A stretch of 64,000 nt of DNA from Betaproteobacteria bacterium (lineage in GTDB: Bacteria > Pseudomonadota > Gammaproteobacteria > Burkholderiales > Burkholderiaceae_D), in the NCBI GenBank assembly GCA_025356395.1, contig JANXTA010000084.1, positions 14,659-78,658 of the forward strand, in the 5' to 3' direction. Below are positions 9,369-18,877 of this stretch, one piece after another (position 1 is the first letter of the stretch; each line of letters starts with the position of its first letter). The notes beneath the pieces are model-generated. The model worked only from the letters and a program-made list of their open reading frames with translations, did no database searches and had not been told where the DNA came from. Position numbers and translations under genes: made by a program.

Positions 9369-10475
9369 ATGAAGACAACAGCCCTGATCGAGAACGCCGG
9401 ACTGCTGGGAGAGGGCCGTGTCCTCGACTTCGTCCCTCGCAAGAATCCTTCGCCCGACCCCGCGGCCATCCGAGTCGACGTCCGTGCGGCGATGGACGAC
9501 GCGGGCGACCGTGCCGCGTTTCGCGCCGGGCTGCTGGCGACGCCAGCGGTCAGTTCGCCCAAGTTTTTTTACGACCCTCAGGGATCGGCGCTCTTCAGCG
9601 CCATCTGCGAGCTCGACGAGTACTACCCGACGCGTACCGAAGCGACGATCTTCGAAACCCATCGCGACGACATCGCAGCGGCCCTGCCCAGCGGCTCGCA
9701 ATGGATCGACCTCGGCTGCGGCGACGGCCTCAAGGCGCGCGGCTGGATCGAACCCGCGCAGGTGCGCCGCTACGTGGGCGTCGACATCGCCGAACCGTGG
9801 TTGCGTTCAGCGCTGGTCGCGCTGACGGCGACGCTCGCGAAGGACCGCGCGGGACGGGTGCAGCGGCCGGTCGACGTGCTCGGCATCGTCGCCGACTTCA
9901 CGCGACCCTTCGATCTGCACGACGTGCTCGCGGAACAGGACGGCATGCCACCGGTGTTCTTCTATCCCGGCTCGTCGATCGGCAACTTCGTGCGCGACGA
10001 TGCCCGCGCCTTCCTCGCGTCGGTCCGCGACCACATCGAGCGCCATCCGGCCGGTGCCGGCGGCAAGCTGCTGATCGGCATCGACCTCGTCAAGGATCGC
10101 GCCACGCTGCGCGCCGCCTACGACGACGCCATCGGCGTGACCGCTGCCTTCAACCGCAACGTGCTGCGCGTGGCCAATCGCCTGCTCGACGCGGACTTTG
10201 ACCCGGCCGCCTTCACGCATCGCGCGGTCTACAACGAGGACTTCGGCCGCATCGAGATGCAGCTCGTCTCGCAACGCGCGCAGACCGTGCGCATCGGCGA
10301 CGCGGTGCGGACTTTCGAGCGCGATGAAGCGATCGTCACCGAGTACTCGCACAAGTACACGGTCAAAGGCTTCGCGGCGCTGCTCGAATCGGCTGGCTTC
10401 GCCGGCGGCGACCGGCTGCGATGTTGGCAGGACGAGCGCGGCTGGTTCGGGGTGTTCGTCGCGGAGCCCGCATGA
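9369..10475 (+). CDS. egtD: L-histidine N-alpha-methyltransferase (ergothioneine biosynthesis)
   Basis: FFYDPQGSALFSAICELDEYYPTRTE and the DLGCGDG SAM motif, with the EgtD-like tail FVAEP. ATG 9369 was chosen inside the longer track ORF. The stop overlaps the egtB start. Confidence 0.8.
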   Translation: MKTTALIENAGLLGEGRVLDFVPRKNPSPDPAAIRVDVRAAMDDAGDRAAFRAGLLATPAVSSPKFFYDPQGSALFSAICELDEYYPTRTEATIFETHRDDIAAALPSGSQWIDLGCGDGLKARGWIEPAQVRRYVGVDIAEPWLRSALVALTATLAKDRAGRVQRPVDVLGIVADFTRPFDLHDVLAEQDGMPPVFFYPGSSIGNFVRDDARAFLASVRDHIERHPAGAGGKLLIGIDLVKDRATLRAAYDDAIGVTAAFNRNVLRVANRLLDADFDPAAFTHRAVYNEDFGRIEMQLVSQRAQTVRIGDAVRTFERDEAIVTEYSHKYTVKGFAALLESAGFAGGDRLRCWQDERGWFGVFVAEPA

Positions 10476-11752
10476 GTTCGGTCTGGGTCGAAGGGGGCAA
10501 TCTCCAGGCCGGTCGGCAGTCACTGTTGCTTGCCGAATACCACCGCGTGCGGAACATCACAGTCGCGATGACCGACGGCTTGTCGCCTGAGGACTGCCAG
10601 ATCCAGTCGACGCCCGATGCGAGTCCGATCAAGTGGCACCTCGCCCACCTCACCTGGTTCTTCGAGACCTTCGTTCTCGAACCGTCGATCGGAGCGACCT
10701 ACGTGCCCTTCGACCCGGCGTTCCGCGTCCTTTTCAATTCGTATTACGTCGGTGTCGGCGAACGTCACCCGCGCGCGGAACGAGGGCTGATCTCACGGCC
10801 CTCGCTGGAACGGGTCTTCGACTATCGCGGGGCCGTCGACACGCGCGTCGCGACCCTGCTTGAGTCGCGTGAACTGCCTGATGCGATGCTCGACGTCATC
10901 GAGCTCGGCCTTCATCACGAGCATCAGCATCAGGAGCTGATCCTTACCGACCTCAAGCATCACCTTTGGAAGAATCCGTCCCGCCCGGTGTATCGCGAGG
11001 AGACATCGGTCGAGGGCCGCACACTCCAGCCGATGACGTTCATCGAGCGTCCGGAAGGCGTCGCGCAGATCGGCGCGACCGACGAGGGATTCGCGTTCGA
11101 CAACGAGCGTCCGCGTCATCGCGTCTGGCTCGCGCCCTTCGCGATCGCATCGCGCGCCGTGACCTGCGGCGAATATCTGGCCTTCATGCACGACGGCGGT
11201 TACGACCGCCCGGAGTTGTGGCTGTCGGACGGTTGGGATGCACTCACGCGCGACGGCTGGCAGGCACCGCTGTACTGGGAGCGAGCGGGCGCAGACTGGA
11301 TGCTGTTCACGCTCAACGGCATGAAGGCTCTCGTTCATGACGAGCCGGTCGCCCATGTGTCGTACTACGAGGCCGATGCGTACGCGCGCTGGGCCGGCGC
11401 ACGACTGCCGACAGAGGCCGAGTGGGAATGCGCGGCCGAGACGATCGGCAGCGATGACACGCATCTCTACGACGGCACGCACGTGCATCCGCGTCGCGCC
11501 GAGGATTCAACACCGCGCATGGGCGGCGACGTATGGCAGTGGACGGCGAGCGCCTATCTGCCCTACCCCGGCTTCGAGACCGCGCCGGGTGCGGTCGGCG
11601 AATACAACGGCAAGTTCATGATCAACCAGATGGTCCTGCGCGGCGGGTCGTGCGCGACGCCGGCCGGTCATCTGCGAGCGAGCTATCGCAACTTCTTCCC
11701 AGCCCAGACCCGCTGGCAGTTCTCGGGCATCCGGCTCGCGCGCAATCTCTGA
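10472..11752 (+). CDS. egtB: Ergothioneine biosynthesis sulfoxide synthase
   Basis: DinB-like N-terminal domain (KWHLAHLTWFFETF, HHEHQHQELILTD) plus a C-terminal FGE-sulfatase-like domain (VWQWTASAY, RGGSCATP). ATGA overlap with egtD. Confidence 0.8.
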   Translation: MSSVWVEGGNLQAGRQSLLLAEYHRVRNITVAMTDGLSPEDCQIQSTPDASPIKWHLAHLTWFFETFVLEPSIGATYVPFDPAFRVLFNSYYVGVGERHPRAERGLISRPSLERVFDYRGAVDTRVATLLESRELPDAMLDVIELGLHHEHQHQELILTDLKHHLWKNPSRPVYREETSVEGRTLQPMTFIERPEGVAQIGATDEGFAFDNERPRHRVWLAPFAIASRAVTCGEYLAFMHDGGYDRPELWLSDGWDALTRDGWQAPLYWERAGADWMLFTLNGMKALVHDEPVAHVSYYEADAYARWAGARLPTEAEWECAAETIGSDDTHLYDGTHVHPRRAEDSTPRMGGDVWQWTASAYLPYPGFETAPGAVGEYNGKFMINQMVLRGGSCATPAGHLRASYRNFFPAQTRWQFSGIRLARNL

Positions 11753-11768
11753 TCGCGCAGTTGAACGA

Positions 11769-13079
11769 CTACTCGATCGGCACGGCGCGATAGCGCTGCA
11801 CGTCCGCCGGTGCCACGGCCGGCGCCTGGTTGCCCCAGCTGTTGCGGACGTAGGTCAACACCGACGCCACGTCCTCGTCGCTCAGCTTCTGCGCGAACGG
11901 CGGCATGCCGTAGGGCCGCGGGTTGCCGGCCGTGCCCGGCGGGAAGCCGCCGTTGAGGACCACGCGAATCGCGTTGATGGTCGAACCCATGATCACGCTC
12001 GGGTTGCGGGCCAGCGCCGGATAGGCGCGCGTTACACCCTCGCCGTCGCTGCGATGACAGCCCGCGCATTGTTCCGCATAGACCTGCGAACCCCGCCGCA
12101 GCAGATCCGCGCGCATCGACCCGGTCGTCTCCATCGCGGGCGCATCGTCGGACGCCTTCGCGGGCAGCGACTTCAGGTACGTCGCCATGGCATGCAGGTC
12201 CTTCTCCTCGAGATGCTGCGTGCTGTCGTGGACCACCTCGGCCATCGGCCCGAACACGGCGTATCGATCTGAGACGCCGTGCTTGAGCAACCGCACGACC
12301 TCTTCGACCTGCCAGTCGCCGAGGCCCGCTTCGCGATCCGAGGTCAGTGACGGGGCATACCAGTCCTGCACGGCGATGCGGCCGCCCGACAACTCGTCGG
12401 CGCGAGCGATGCCACCCAGGAAGTTGCGCGGCGAATGACAGGCAACGCAGTGGCCGAGGCCGCTCGCCAGGTAGGCGCCGCGATTCCAGGTTGCGTCCTG
12501 TCGGGGGTCCGCTTCGTAGACGCCTTCGGTGAAGTAGAGCATTCGCCAGAACGCGACCAGCGGCCGCACGCTGTAGGGGAAGCGCAGGGTGTTCGGCGTG
12601 TTCGCCTGCTTCACCGCGGGCAACGACATCAGGTAGGCGTGGATCGCGTCCGAATCGGGGCGCGTGATGCGCGTGTAGTTGGGGAAGGGAAAAGCGGGAT
12701 AGAGATACGCGCCGTCCTTGCCCTTGCCTTCGTGCAGCGCGCGCCAGAAGTCGTCGGCGGACCAGGCGCCGATGCCGGTCTCGCGGTCGGGCGTGATGTT
12801 GCTGCTGTAGATCGTGCCGAACACGGTGGGGACCGCGAGGCCGCCCGCGAACGCCGCACCGCCGCGCGCCTGGTGGCAGCCGATGCAGTCGCCGGCCAAT
12901 GCGAGATAGCGACCCCGCTCGATCGGGTCGGCCTTGCCGACCGGGTCGAGCGCCGCGATCTGCGCGCGCAGCGCGGCAGGCGCTTCGACGTATTGTGACG
13001 GGCGCGAGAAGATCATCCACGTCGCGGCCACTACGGTGACCGCGACGAGGACGACGGCGATGCGGCCATACCGGCTCAT
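11769..13079 (-). CDS. Membrane-anchored trihaem cytochrome c
   Basis: Three CXXCH sites (CIGCH, CVACH, CAGCH). N-terminal anchor MSRYGRIAVVLVAVTVVAATWMIF. ATG at 13079 overlaps the stop of the upstream gene. It resembles the cytochrome subunits of membrane-bound dehydrogenases. Confidence 0.75.
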   Translation of the reverse strand: MSRYGRIAVVLVAVTVVAATWMIFSRPSQYVEAPAALRAQIAALDPVGKADPIERGRYLALAGDCIGCHQARGGAAFAGGLAVPTVFGTIYSSNITPDRETGIGAWSADDFWRALHEGKGKDGAYLYPAFPFPNYTRITRPDSDAIHAYLMSLPAVKQANTPNTLRFPYSVRPLVAFWRMLYFTEGVYEADPRQDATWNRGAYLASGLGHCVACHSPRNFLGGIARADELSGGRIAVQDWYAPSLTSDREAGLGDWQVEEVVRLLKHGVSDRYAVFGPMAEVVHDSTQHLEEKDLHAMATYLKSLPAKASDDAPAMETTGSMRADLLRRGSQVYAEQCAGCHRSDGEGVTRAYPALARNPSVIMGSTINAIRVVLNGGFPPGTAGNPRPYGMPPFAQKLSDEDVASVLTYVRNSWGNQAPAVAPADVQRYRAVPIE

Positions 13080-13780
13080 TCCGAACCGCACGCGAGAGGC
13101 AGCGGACCGGACCGTCGCGTCGGAAGGCCGGTGGGTTGCTGCAGCGCCAGCCAGGTCGCCGCGGCGACGATGTCGGCGCCGCTCATGCGTTGCGCAATCT
13201 GTGCCATGCAGTTGGGCTCGGGACTGCGATGCGCGCCGGTCTTCCACGATCCGACCTGCTCGATCAGGAAGTCGCGCGGCATGCCGGCCAGCGCGGGAAT
13301 GCCGGGCATCGTGCCGTTGAGGTCGGCGCCATGACACGCGCTGCACGCCGGCAGGCCGGCGTCGGGACGTCCGTTGCGGACCAGTGCCTCGCCAGCCGTC
13401 ATCGCGGCGGGGTCGGGCGTGAAGCGGCGTCTCGCCTCGACGACGCCCCCGTCCGGCTTCTGCGCAGCCAGCCACGCCGCGATCTCGTCAAGGTAGGCAT
13501 CGGTCTGGCGCGCCATCAAGAAATTCATCGGGGCGTAGGTCCGCACGCCGTCACGAAAGGCCTTCATCTGCGCGGCCAGGTAGTTGGCGGGTTGCCCGGC
13601 CAGCCGGGGAAAGGCCGCGTTCGCAACGCCGCCACCGCGTTCCCCGTGGCACACGACGCACGCCTTCATCCGCTGCTCGATGGAGTCTTCGAAGGCCGGG
13701 ACGGAAGCGGTCTGCGACACGGCGGCCAAGGGCGAGGCGAGGAGCGCGAACGCCACCAGACACCGCCACGCCGGACTCAT
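13076..13780 (-). CDS. Dihaem cytochrome c (c4-like)
   Basis: Signal peptide MSPAWRCLVAFALLASPLAAVSQ and two CXXCH sites (CVVCH, CSACH). Start at 13780 chosen inside the longer track ORF. Confidence 0.75.
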   Translation of the reverse strand: MSPAWRCLVAFALLASPLAAVSQTASVPAFEDSIEQRMKACVVCHGERGGGVANAAFPRLAGQPANYLAAQMKAFRDGVRTYAPMNFLMARQTDAYLDEIAAWLAAQKPDGGVVEARRRFTPDPAAMTAGEALVRNGRPDAGLPACSACHGADLNGTMPGIPALAGMPRDFLIEQVGSWKTGAHRSPEPNCMAQIAQRMSGADIVAAATWLALQQPTGLPTRRSGPLPLACGSE

Positions 13781-13787
13781 GTCGTGG

Positions 13788-14072
13788 TCAAGCGCGGACC
13801 TCGACACCCTTCCAGAACGCGATGCGATCCTTGATCTCGCTAGCCGCCGGCTTCGGATCCGGGTAGTACCAGGCCGCGTCCTTGTTGACCTCATCGCCCA
13901 CGACCACGTCGTAGTAGTGCGCGGTGCCTTTCCACGGGCAGACGCTGGTCCGGGCGGACGGCTTCAGATTTTCCGGATGGACCGCGGCGGCCGGAAAGTA
14001 TTGATTTCCCTCGACCACGACGCAGGCATCGCTGATGGCGATGACGGTTCCCTTCCACTGTGCTTCGACCAT
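13788..14072 (-). CDS. DUF427 domain protein
   Basis: MVEAQWKGTVIA...NQYFP...CPWKGTAHYYDV...AWYYPDP is the DUF427 pattern. A GGAGAA Shine-Dalgarno sits upstream of ATG 14072. Confidence 0.7.
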   Translation of the reverse strand: MVEAQWKGTVIAISDACVVVEGNQYFPAAAVHPENLKPSARTSVCPWKGTAHYYDVVVGDEVNKDAAWYYPDPKPAASEIKDRIAFWKGVEVRA

Positions 14073-14151
14073 CTTTTTTCTCCGTTGAATCATGCGTTGT
14101 TGCCACGAATACCACATCTCGACGATCCTTCCAGCTTGCGAGTGCGTCCGC

Positions 14152-14181
14152 TGGACACGGTTTAAACAATATCGGTATACT
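14152..14181 (+). promoter_or_regulatory. Candidate sigma-70 promoter for rhlE
   Basis: TGGACA (14152-14157), an 18-nt spacer, then TATACT (14176-14181). It would give a ~140-nt leader before ATG 14325. Confidence 0.3.
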
Positions 14182-14324
14182 CACAGGTTGCGGCTTTTGC
14201 ACCAGTCCCCAGCCGCCGTCGCATCTCATCGATGGACGCGTCATTCAGACTCCGAAGCTTTCAGCTCGTCTGTGACTGGCCCCGCGCAATGCGGGAACAG
14301 GCCTGCACTACCTCCTCCAAAATC

Positions 14325-15779
14325 ATGTCATTTGCTGCCCTCGGCTTGTCCGAGCCGCTCGTTCGCGCTTGTGCGGACACCGGCTACACCACTCCCACGC
14401 CCATCCAGACCGAAGCCATCCCGACCGTGTTGTCGGGGGTCGATCTTCTGGCCGGCGCCCAGACCGGAACCGGCAAGACCGCCGGTTTCGTCCTCCCCAT
14501 CCTCGAGCGCCTGATCGCGAATCCCCTGCCGGCGCCCACAACGCGCACCGACAGCCGCGGCAAGGTCCAGACCGCAGCGCGTCCACTGCGTGCGCTCATC
14601 CTCACGCCGACGCGTGAACTCGCGGCGCAGGTCGAAGCCAGCGTTCGCGTCTACGGCAAGCACGTCAAGCTGAAGTCGGTCGCCGTGTATGGCGGCGTCG
14701 GCTTTGGTCCGCAGGCCGCGGCTCTGCGCGCCGGCGTCGACATCCTCGTCGCCACGCCGGGTCGCCTGCTCGACCACGTCCAGCAACGCACCGTCGATTT
14801 CTCGAAGGTCGAGATCTTCGTCCTCGACGAAGCCGACCGCATGCTCGACATGGGCTTCATCCACGACATCAAGCGCGTCATGGCCCTGATGCCCGCGTCG
14901 AACAACGGCGTGCGTCGTCAGAACTTGCTGTTCTCGGCGACCTTCTCCGACGACATCAAGACCCTCGCCGACAAGTTGCTCGACCATCCCAAGACGATCC
15001 AGATCGCCGCCCGCAATTCGACGGTCGAAGTGATCGCGCAGAAGGTGCACCCGGTCGACCGCGACAAGAAGCGCGCGTTGCTGACGCACCTGATCAAGGA
15101 ACACAACTGGTCGCAGGTCCTGGTCTTCGCCCGCACCAAGCATGGTGCCAACCGCCTGGCCGAACAGCTCGACGGAGACGGCATCAGCGCGATGGCGTTC
15201 CACGGCAACAAGAGCCAGGGTGCCCGCACCGCCGCGCTCACCAAGTTCAAGGCCAACAAGCTGCAGGTGCTGGTCGCGACCGACATCGCGGCGCGCGGCA
15301 TCGACATCGACCAGCTGCCGTTCGTCGTCAACTACGAACTGCCCAACGTCGCAGAAGACTACATCCACCGCATCGGCCGGACCGGCCGTGCCGGCGCCAC
15401 CGGTGAGGCGATCTCGCTGGTCTGCGTCGACGAAGGCGGCCTGCTGCGCGACATCGAACGCCTGATCAAGCGCAGCCTGCCAAAGGAAGTGGTGATGGGC
15501 TTCGAAGTCGACCCGCGCATCCGTGCCGAGCCGATCCTGCGCGGCGGCGCCCAAGGTCGTGGCGCGCCGTCGCGCGGCGGCCCGGGCCAGGCCCCGCGTT
15601 CGACCGGCTTCGCGAAGCCGCGTGGCGAAGGCTTCGCTGCCAAGAAATCGTTCGGCAATTCACCCCGTCCGTCCACCGGCGGCAAGCCGGCGGCGCACGG
15701 TGGCGCAGGTCGTCCCGCTGCGGCGCGTCGTCCGCGTCCGGCCGGCTCCAGCGCCTTCAGCGGTTCGGGTAACCGCTAA
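14325..15779 (+). CDS. rhlE: ATP-dependent DEAD-box RNA helicase
   Basis: Q-motif region TPTPIQ, Walker [13 protein letters not shown] (VLDEADRM), [13 protein letters not shown]. Long basic Gly/Arg/Pro-rich C-terminal tail. Confidence 0.85.
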   Translation: MSFAALGLSEPLVRACADTGYTTPTPIQTEAIPTVLSGVDLLAGAQTGTGKTAGFVLPILERLIANPLPAPTTRTDSRGKVQTAARPLRALILTPTRELAAQVEASVRVYGKHVKLKSVAVYGGVGFGPQAAALRAGVDILVATPGRLLDHVQQRTVDFSKVEIFVLDEADRMLDMGFIHDIKRVMALMPASNNGVRRQNLLFSATFSDDIKTLADKLLDHPKTIQIAARNSTVEVIAQKVHPVDRDKKRALLTHLIKEHNWSQVLVFARTKHGANRLAEQLDGDGISAMAFHGNKSQGARTAALTKFKANKLQVLVATDIAARGIDIDQLPFVVNYELPNVAEDYIHRIGRTGRAGATGEAISLVCVDEGGLLRDIERLIKRSLPKEVVMGFEVDPRIRAEPILRGGAQGRGAPSRGGPGQAPRSTGFAKPRGEGFAAKKSFGNSPRPSTGGKPAAHGGAGRPAAARRPRPAGSSAFSGSGNR

Positions 15780-15797
15780 GTCGTCAGCTTCGTGAAC

Positions 15798-15832
15798 GCC
15801 CCCGATCGGTCCTGCCGGTCGGGGGCATTTTT
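15798..15832 (+). terminator. Rho-independent terminator after rhlE
   Basis: A 12-bp GC-rich stem (GCCCCCGATCGG / CCGGTCGGGGGC, one G-U pair), a 5-nt loop, then ATTTTT. It lies between convergent rhlE and rarD. Confidence 0.5.
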
Positions 15833-16725
15833 CATGGGGCGGCGGCAACGGGTCGCGCGGTCCGCGTCGCGCGCCACAGGCTTTCGCCCGCGTACAACGC
15901 CAGCGCCGTCCAGATCAGTCCGTAACCGATCAGCGCGGGACCGCCGAACGCCTCGCCGAACACCAGCACGCCCAGCATCAGCTGCAGCGTCGGCGCGATG
16001 AACTGCAGCAGGCCGAGCGTCGTCATCGGCACCCGTCTCGCCCCCGCCGCGAACAGCAGCAGCGGCAGCGCCGTCAGCGGCCCGCTCGCGAGCAACAGCC
16101 AGCGCACGGAAGGTTCGGCCGTCATCAGCGCGTTCTGACCATGCGCGCCCATCCACAGCAGCACGGCGAGGGCCGCCGGAAACAGCAGCGCCGTCTCGAG
16201 CGCGAGCCCTTCGAGTGCGCCCAGCGGCGCCACCTTCTTGGCGAGCCCGTAAGCGCCGAAGCTCAGCGCGAGGGTCAGCGCGATCCATGGCATGTGGCCG
16301 GTCTGGATGCTCAGCCACACAACTCCGATGGCGGCGATCGCGATCGCCGTCCACTGCACCGGCCGGGGCCTTTCGTGGAGGACGAGGCGGCCGAGCAGCA
16401 CGTTGACCAGCGGCGTGATGAAGTAGCCGAGGCTCGCGTCGACGACGTGGCCGTTCTGCGTCGCCCAGATGAACACGAACCAGTTGAGCGAGACGAGGAC
16501 TGCGCTGATGCCGTAACGGACCAGCAGGCGCGGCGCCGCCCTGACCTGCCGGACCCACGTCCAGCGCCGCAGGACGACCAGCACGATCGCCACCGCGAGC
16601 AGCGACAGGACCATGCGCAGCATCAGCACTTCGAAAGCCGGCACGCTGCGCAGCAGGCGGAAGTAGAGCGGAAACAAGCCCCACAGCGCGTAGGCCGAGG
16701 CGGCGAGGACGATACCGGGATTCAT
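15832..16725 (-). CDS. rarD: EamA/DMT-family transporter RarD
   Basis: 297-aa, ~10-TM protein. The N-terminus GIVLAASAYALWGLFPLYFRLL is typical of RarD. Confidence 0.8.
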   Translation of the reverse strand: MNPGIVLAASAYALWGLFPLYFRLLRSVPAFEVLMLRMVLSLLAVAIVLVVLRRWTWVRQVRAAPRLLVRYGISAVLVSLNWFVFIWATQNGHVVDASLGYFITPLVNVLLGRLVLHERPRPVQWTAIAIAAIGVVWLSIQTGHMPWIALTLALSFGAYGLAKKVAPLGALEGLALETALLFPAALAVLLWMGAHGQNALMTAEPSVRWLLLASGPLTALPLLLFAAGARRVPMTTLGLLQFIAPTLQLMLGVLVFGEAFGGPALIGYGLIWTALALYAGESLWRATRTARPVAAAP

Positions 16726-16771
16726 GCGGACGATCGGGTCGAAGGGGCAGCGCGGTCGAGACCTCTACACT

Positions 16772-17899
16772 ATGGCGATGATCAGTGAAGAAGAGCGCGA
16801 CGAAGACAAGGAGGACGCCATTGCCGATGCGCTGGCGATGGAACGCGCGATGCGGGCCGATGGCGGCGGCGCGCAGGATACCGCGGTCGAGCACTCGGCG
16901 ACCGCGCTGCATCCCTACGCGACCCTGACCCCCGAGCGCGTGCTCGATGCGATCGAAAGCATCGGCGAGCGCTGCGACGGCCGTCTGCTGACGCTCAACA
17001 GCTACGAGAACCGCGTGTACCTCGTCGGGCTCGACGACGGCAGCCAGTGCGTCGCAAAATTCTACCGCCCCGAGCGCTGGAGCGACGCCCAGATCCTCGA
17101 GGAGCATCGCTTCGTCGACGCGCTCGCGGCGCTGGAGATCCCCGTGGTCCCCGCCCGCATCGACGCCGACGGCGTCAGCCTGCATCGTCACGAGGACTTT
17201 CGCTTCGCGCTGTTCGATCGACGCGGCGGGCGCGCCCCCGAGATCGAGCAGCGCGACACGCGTGAGTGGCTCGGGCGCTTCATTGGACGCATCCACGCGC
17301 TGGGGGGCGCCATGCCCTACGTCGAGCGACCCGCGCTGGACATCGAGACCTTCGGCCGCGAACCGCGCGACTGGATCGCCGGTCACCGCATCGTGCCGGG
17401 GCCACTCGCGGCCGTCTGGCTCGGCGTCGTCGAGCAGGCGCTGACCGGCATCGAGGCCTGCGAGGCGCGTGCCGGAGCGGCACGGCTGCTGCGGCTGCAC
17501 GGCGACTGCCACGTCGGCAACATCCTCTGGACCGAAGGCGAAGGCACGCGCGTCGGCGGCCCGCACTTCGTGGATTTCGACGACAGCCGCACCGGGCCCG
17601 CGTTGCAGGACCTGTGGATGCTGCTGTCCGGCACGCGCGACGAGATGACCCGGCAGCTCGCCGACCTGCTCGAAGGTTATCGACAGTTCAACACCTTCGA
17701 CCCGCGCGAACTGCATCGCCTCGAAGCGCTGCGGACCCTGCGGATGATCCATTACAGCGCGTGGCTGGCGCGGCGCTGGGACGACCCTGCGTTCCCCGCG
17801 GCGTTCCCGTTCTTCGGCACCGAGCACTACTGGCAGAACCAGATCCTCGCGCTGCGCGAGCAGGTCGCCGCGATGGAAGAGCCGCCACTGCGGCCGTGA
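16772..17899 (+). CDS. srkA: Serine/threonine protein kinase, SrkA/RdoA/YihE family
   Basis: LNSYENRVYLV, catalytic HGDCHVGNILW and FVDFDD, an aminoglycoside-phosphotransferase-like fold. The start is uncertain because of an acidic N-terminal extension. Confidence 0.7.
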   Translation: MAMISEEERDEDKEDAIADALAMERAMRADGGGAQDTAVEHSATALHPYATLTPERVLDAIESIGERCDGRLLTLNSYENRVYLVGLDDGSQCVAKFYRPERWSDAQILEEHRFVDALAALEIPVVPARIDADGVSLHRHEDFRFALFDRRGGRAPEIEQRDTREWLGRFIGRIHALGGAMPYVERPALDIETFGREPRDWIAGHRIVPGPLAAVWLGVVEQALTGIEACEARAGAARLLRLHGDCHVGNILWTEGEGTRVGGPHFVDFDDSRTGPALQDLWMLLSGTRDEMTRQLADLLEGYRQFNTFDPRELHRLEALRTLRMIHYSAWLARRWDDPAFPAAFPFFGTEHYWQNQILALREQVAAMEEPPLRP

Positions 17900-17942
17900 G
17901 TGCGTGCGAAGATCGCGGCCGCTCATCAAACCACTCACGTCC

Positions 17943-18842
17943 ATGTCATTCGACCTCATCGAAGGCAAGCCGCGCGACCTCGGCGGCTTCTCCGTCCGTC
18001 GCGTCCTGCCGTCGCTCGCGCATCGCTCCATCGGCCCGTTCGCCTTCTTCGATCATCTCGGACCCGCGACGCTGGCGGCCGGCAGTGGCGGCGTGCAGGT
18101 CCGCCCGCATCCGCACATCGGGCTGGCCACGGTGACCTTCCTGTTCGAGGGCGAACTGATGCATCGCGACAGCCTCGGCTCGGTGCAGGCCATCCGACCC
18201 GGCGACATCAACTGGATGACCAGCGGCCGCGGCATCGTGCACTCCGAGCGCTCGCCCGCCTCGATCCGCGATGCACCACAAGTCATCCACGGCATCCAGA
18301 GCTGGGTCGCGGTCCCGAAGGAACACGAGCACGACGATCCGTCGTTCGCGCATCACCCGGCCGCGACGTTGCCCTCGTTCGCGTTGCCGGGCGCGCGCAT
18401 CACCGTGATCGCGGGCACGGCCTTCGGCCACACGTCGCCGGTCGCGGTCCTGGTCCCGACGCTGTACGCGGTCGCGGACCTCGACGCGGGCAGCACGCTG
18501 ATGCTCGACACGGAGCACGAGGAACGCGCGCTGTATGTCGTCGAAGGCGACGTGACGATCGATGGCACGCCGGTCCCGGCGCAGACGATGGCAGCGCTGA
18601 CCTCGACCGCGGACGTCGTCATCGCGGCAGGCAGCGCGGCGCGCGTGATGCTGGTCGGCGGCACGAAGCTCGATGCACCCCGCGCGCTCGAGTGGAACTT
18701 CGTCGCGAGCGACCGCGAGGCGATCGACGCGGCCCGCGACGACTGGGCCGCCTTTCCGAACGCCCGCTTTCCGCAGGTGCCGGGCGAAACCGAATGGATT
18801 CCGTTGCCCCCGCGACCACGCCCGGAACCGACCGCGCTCTGA
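17943..18842 (+). CDS. Pirin family protein
   Basis: Cupin metal-site region RPHPHIGLATVTFLFEGE...MTSGRGIVHSE, with two cupin halves. ATG 17943 chosen. Confidence 0.85.
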   Translation: MSFDLIEGKPRDLGGFSVRRVLPSLAHRSIGPFAFFDHLGPATLAAGSGGVQVRPHPHIGLATVTFLFEGELMHRDSLGSVQAIRPGDINWMTSGRGIVHSERSPASIRDAPQVIHGIQSWVAVPKEHEHDDPSFAHHPAATLPSFALPGARITVIAGTAFGHTSPVAVLVPTLYAVADLDAGSTLMLDTEHEERALYVVEGDVTIDGTPVPAQTMAALTSTADVVIAAGSAARVMLVGGTKLDAPRALEWNFVASDREAIDAARDDWAAFPNARFPQVPGETEWIPLPPRPRPEPTAL

Positions 18843-18877
18843 TCGATCCATCCCTCCCGTCGTCCGGAATCTTCCTC

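Noticed and set aside
15776-18031. 751-aa minus-strand ORF spanning rarD (other frame) and antisense to the srkA-like and pirin genes
   Set aside because: Same artefact. It overlaps three recognisable genes, has an Arg/Ala/Gly-rich composition and no recognisable domain.
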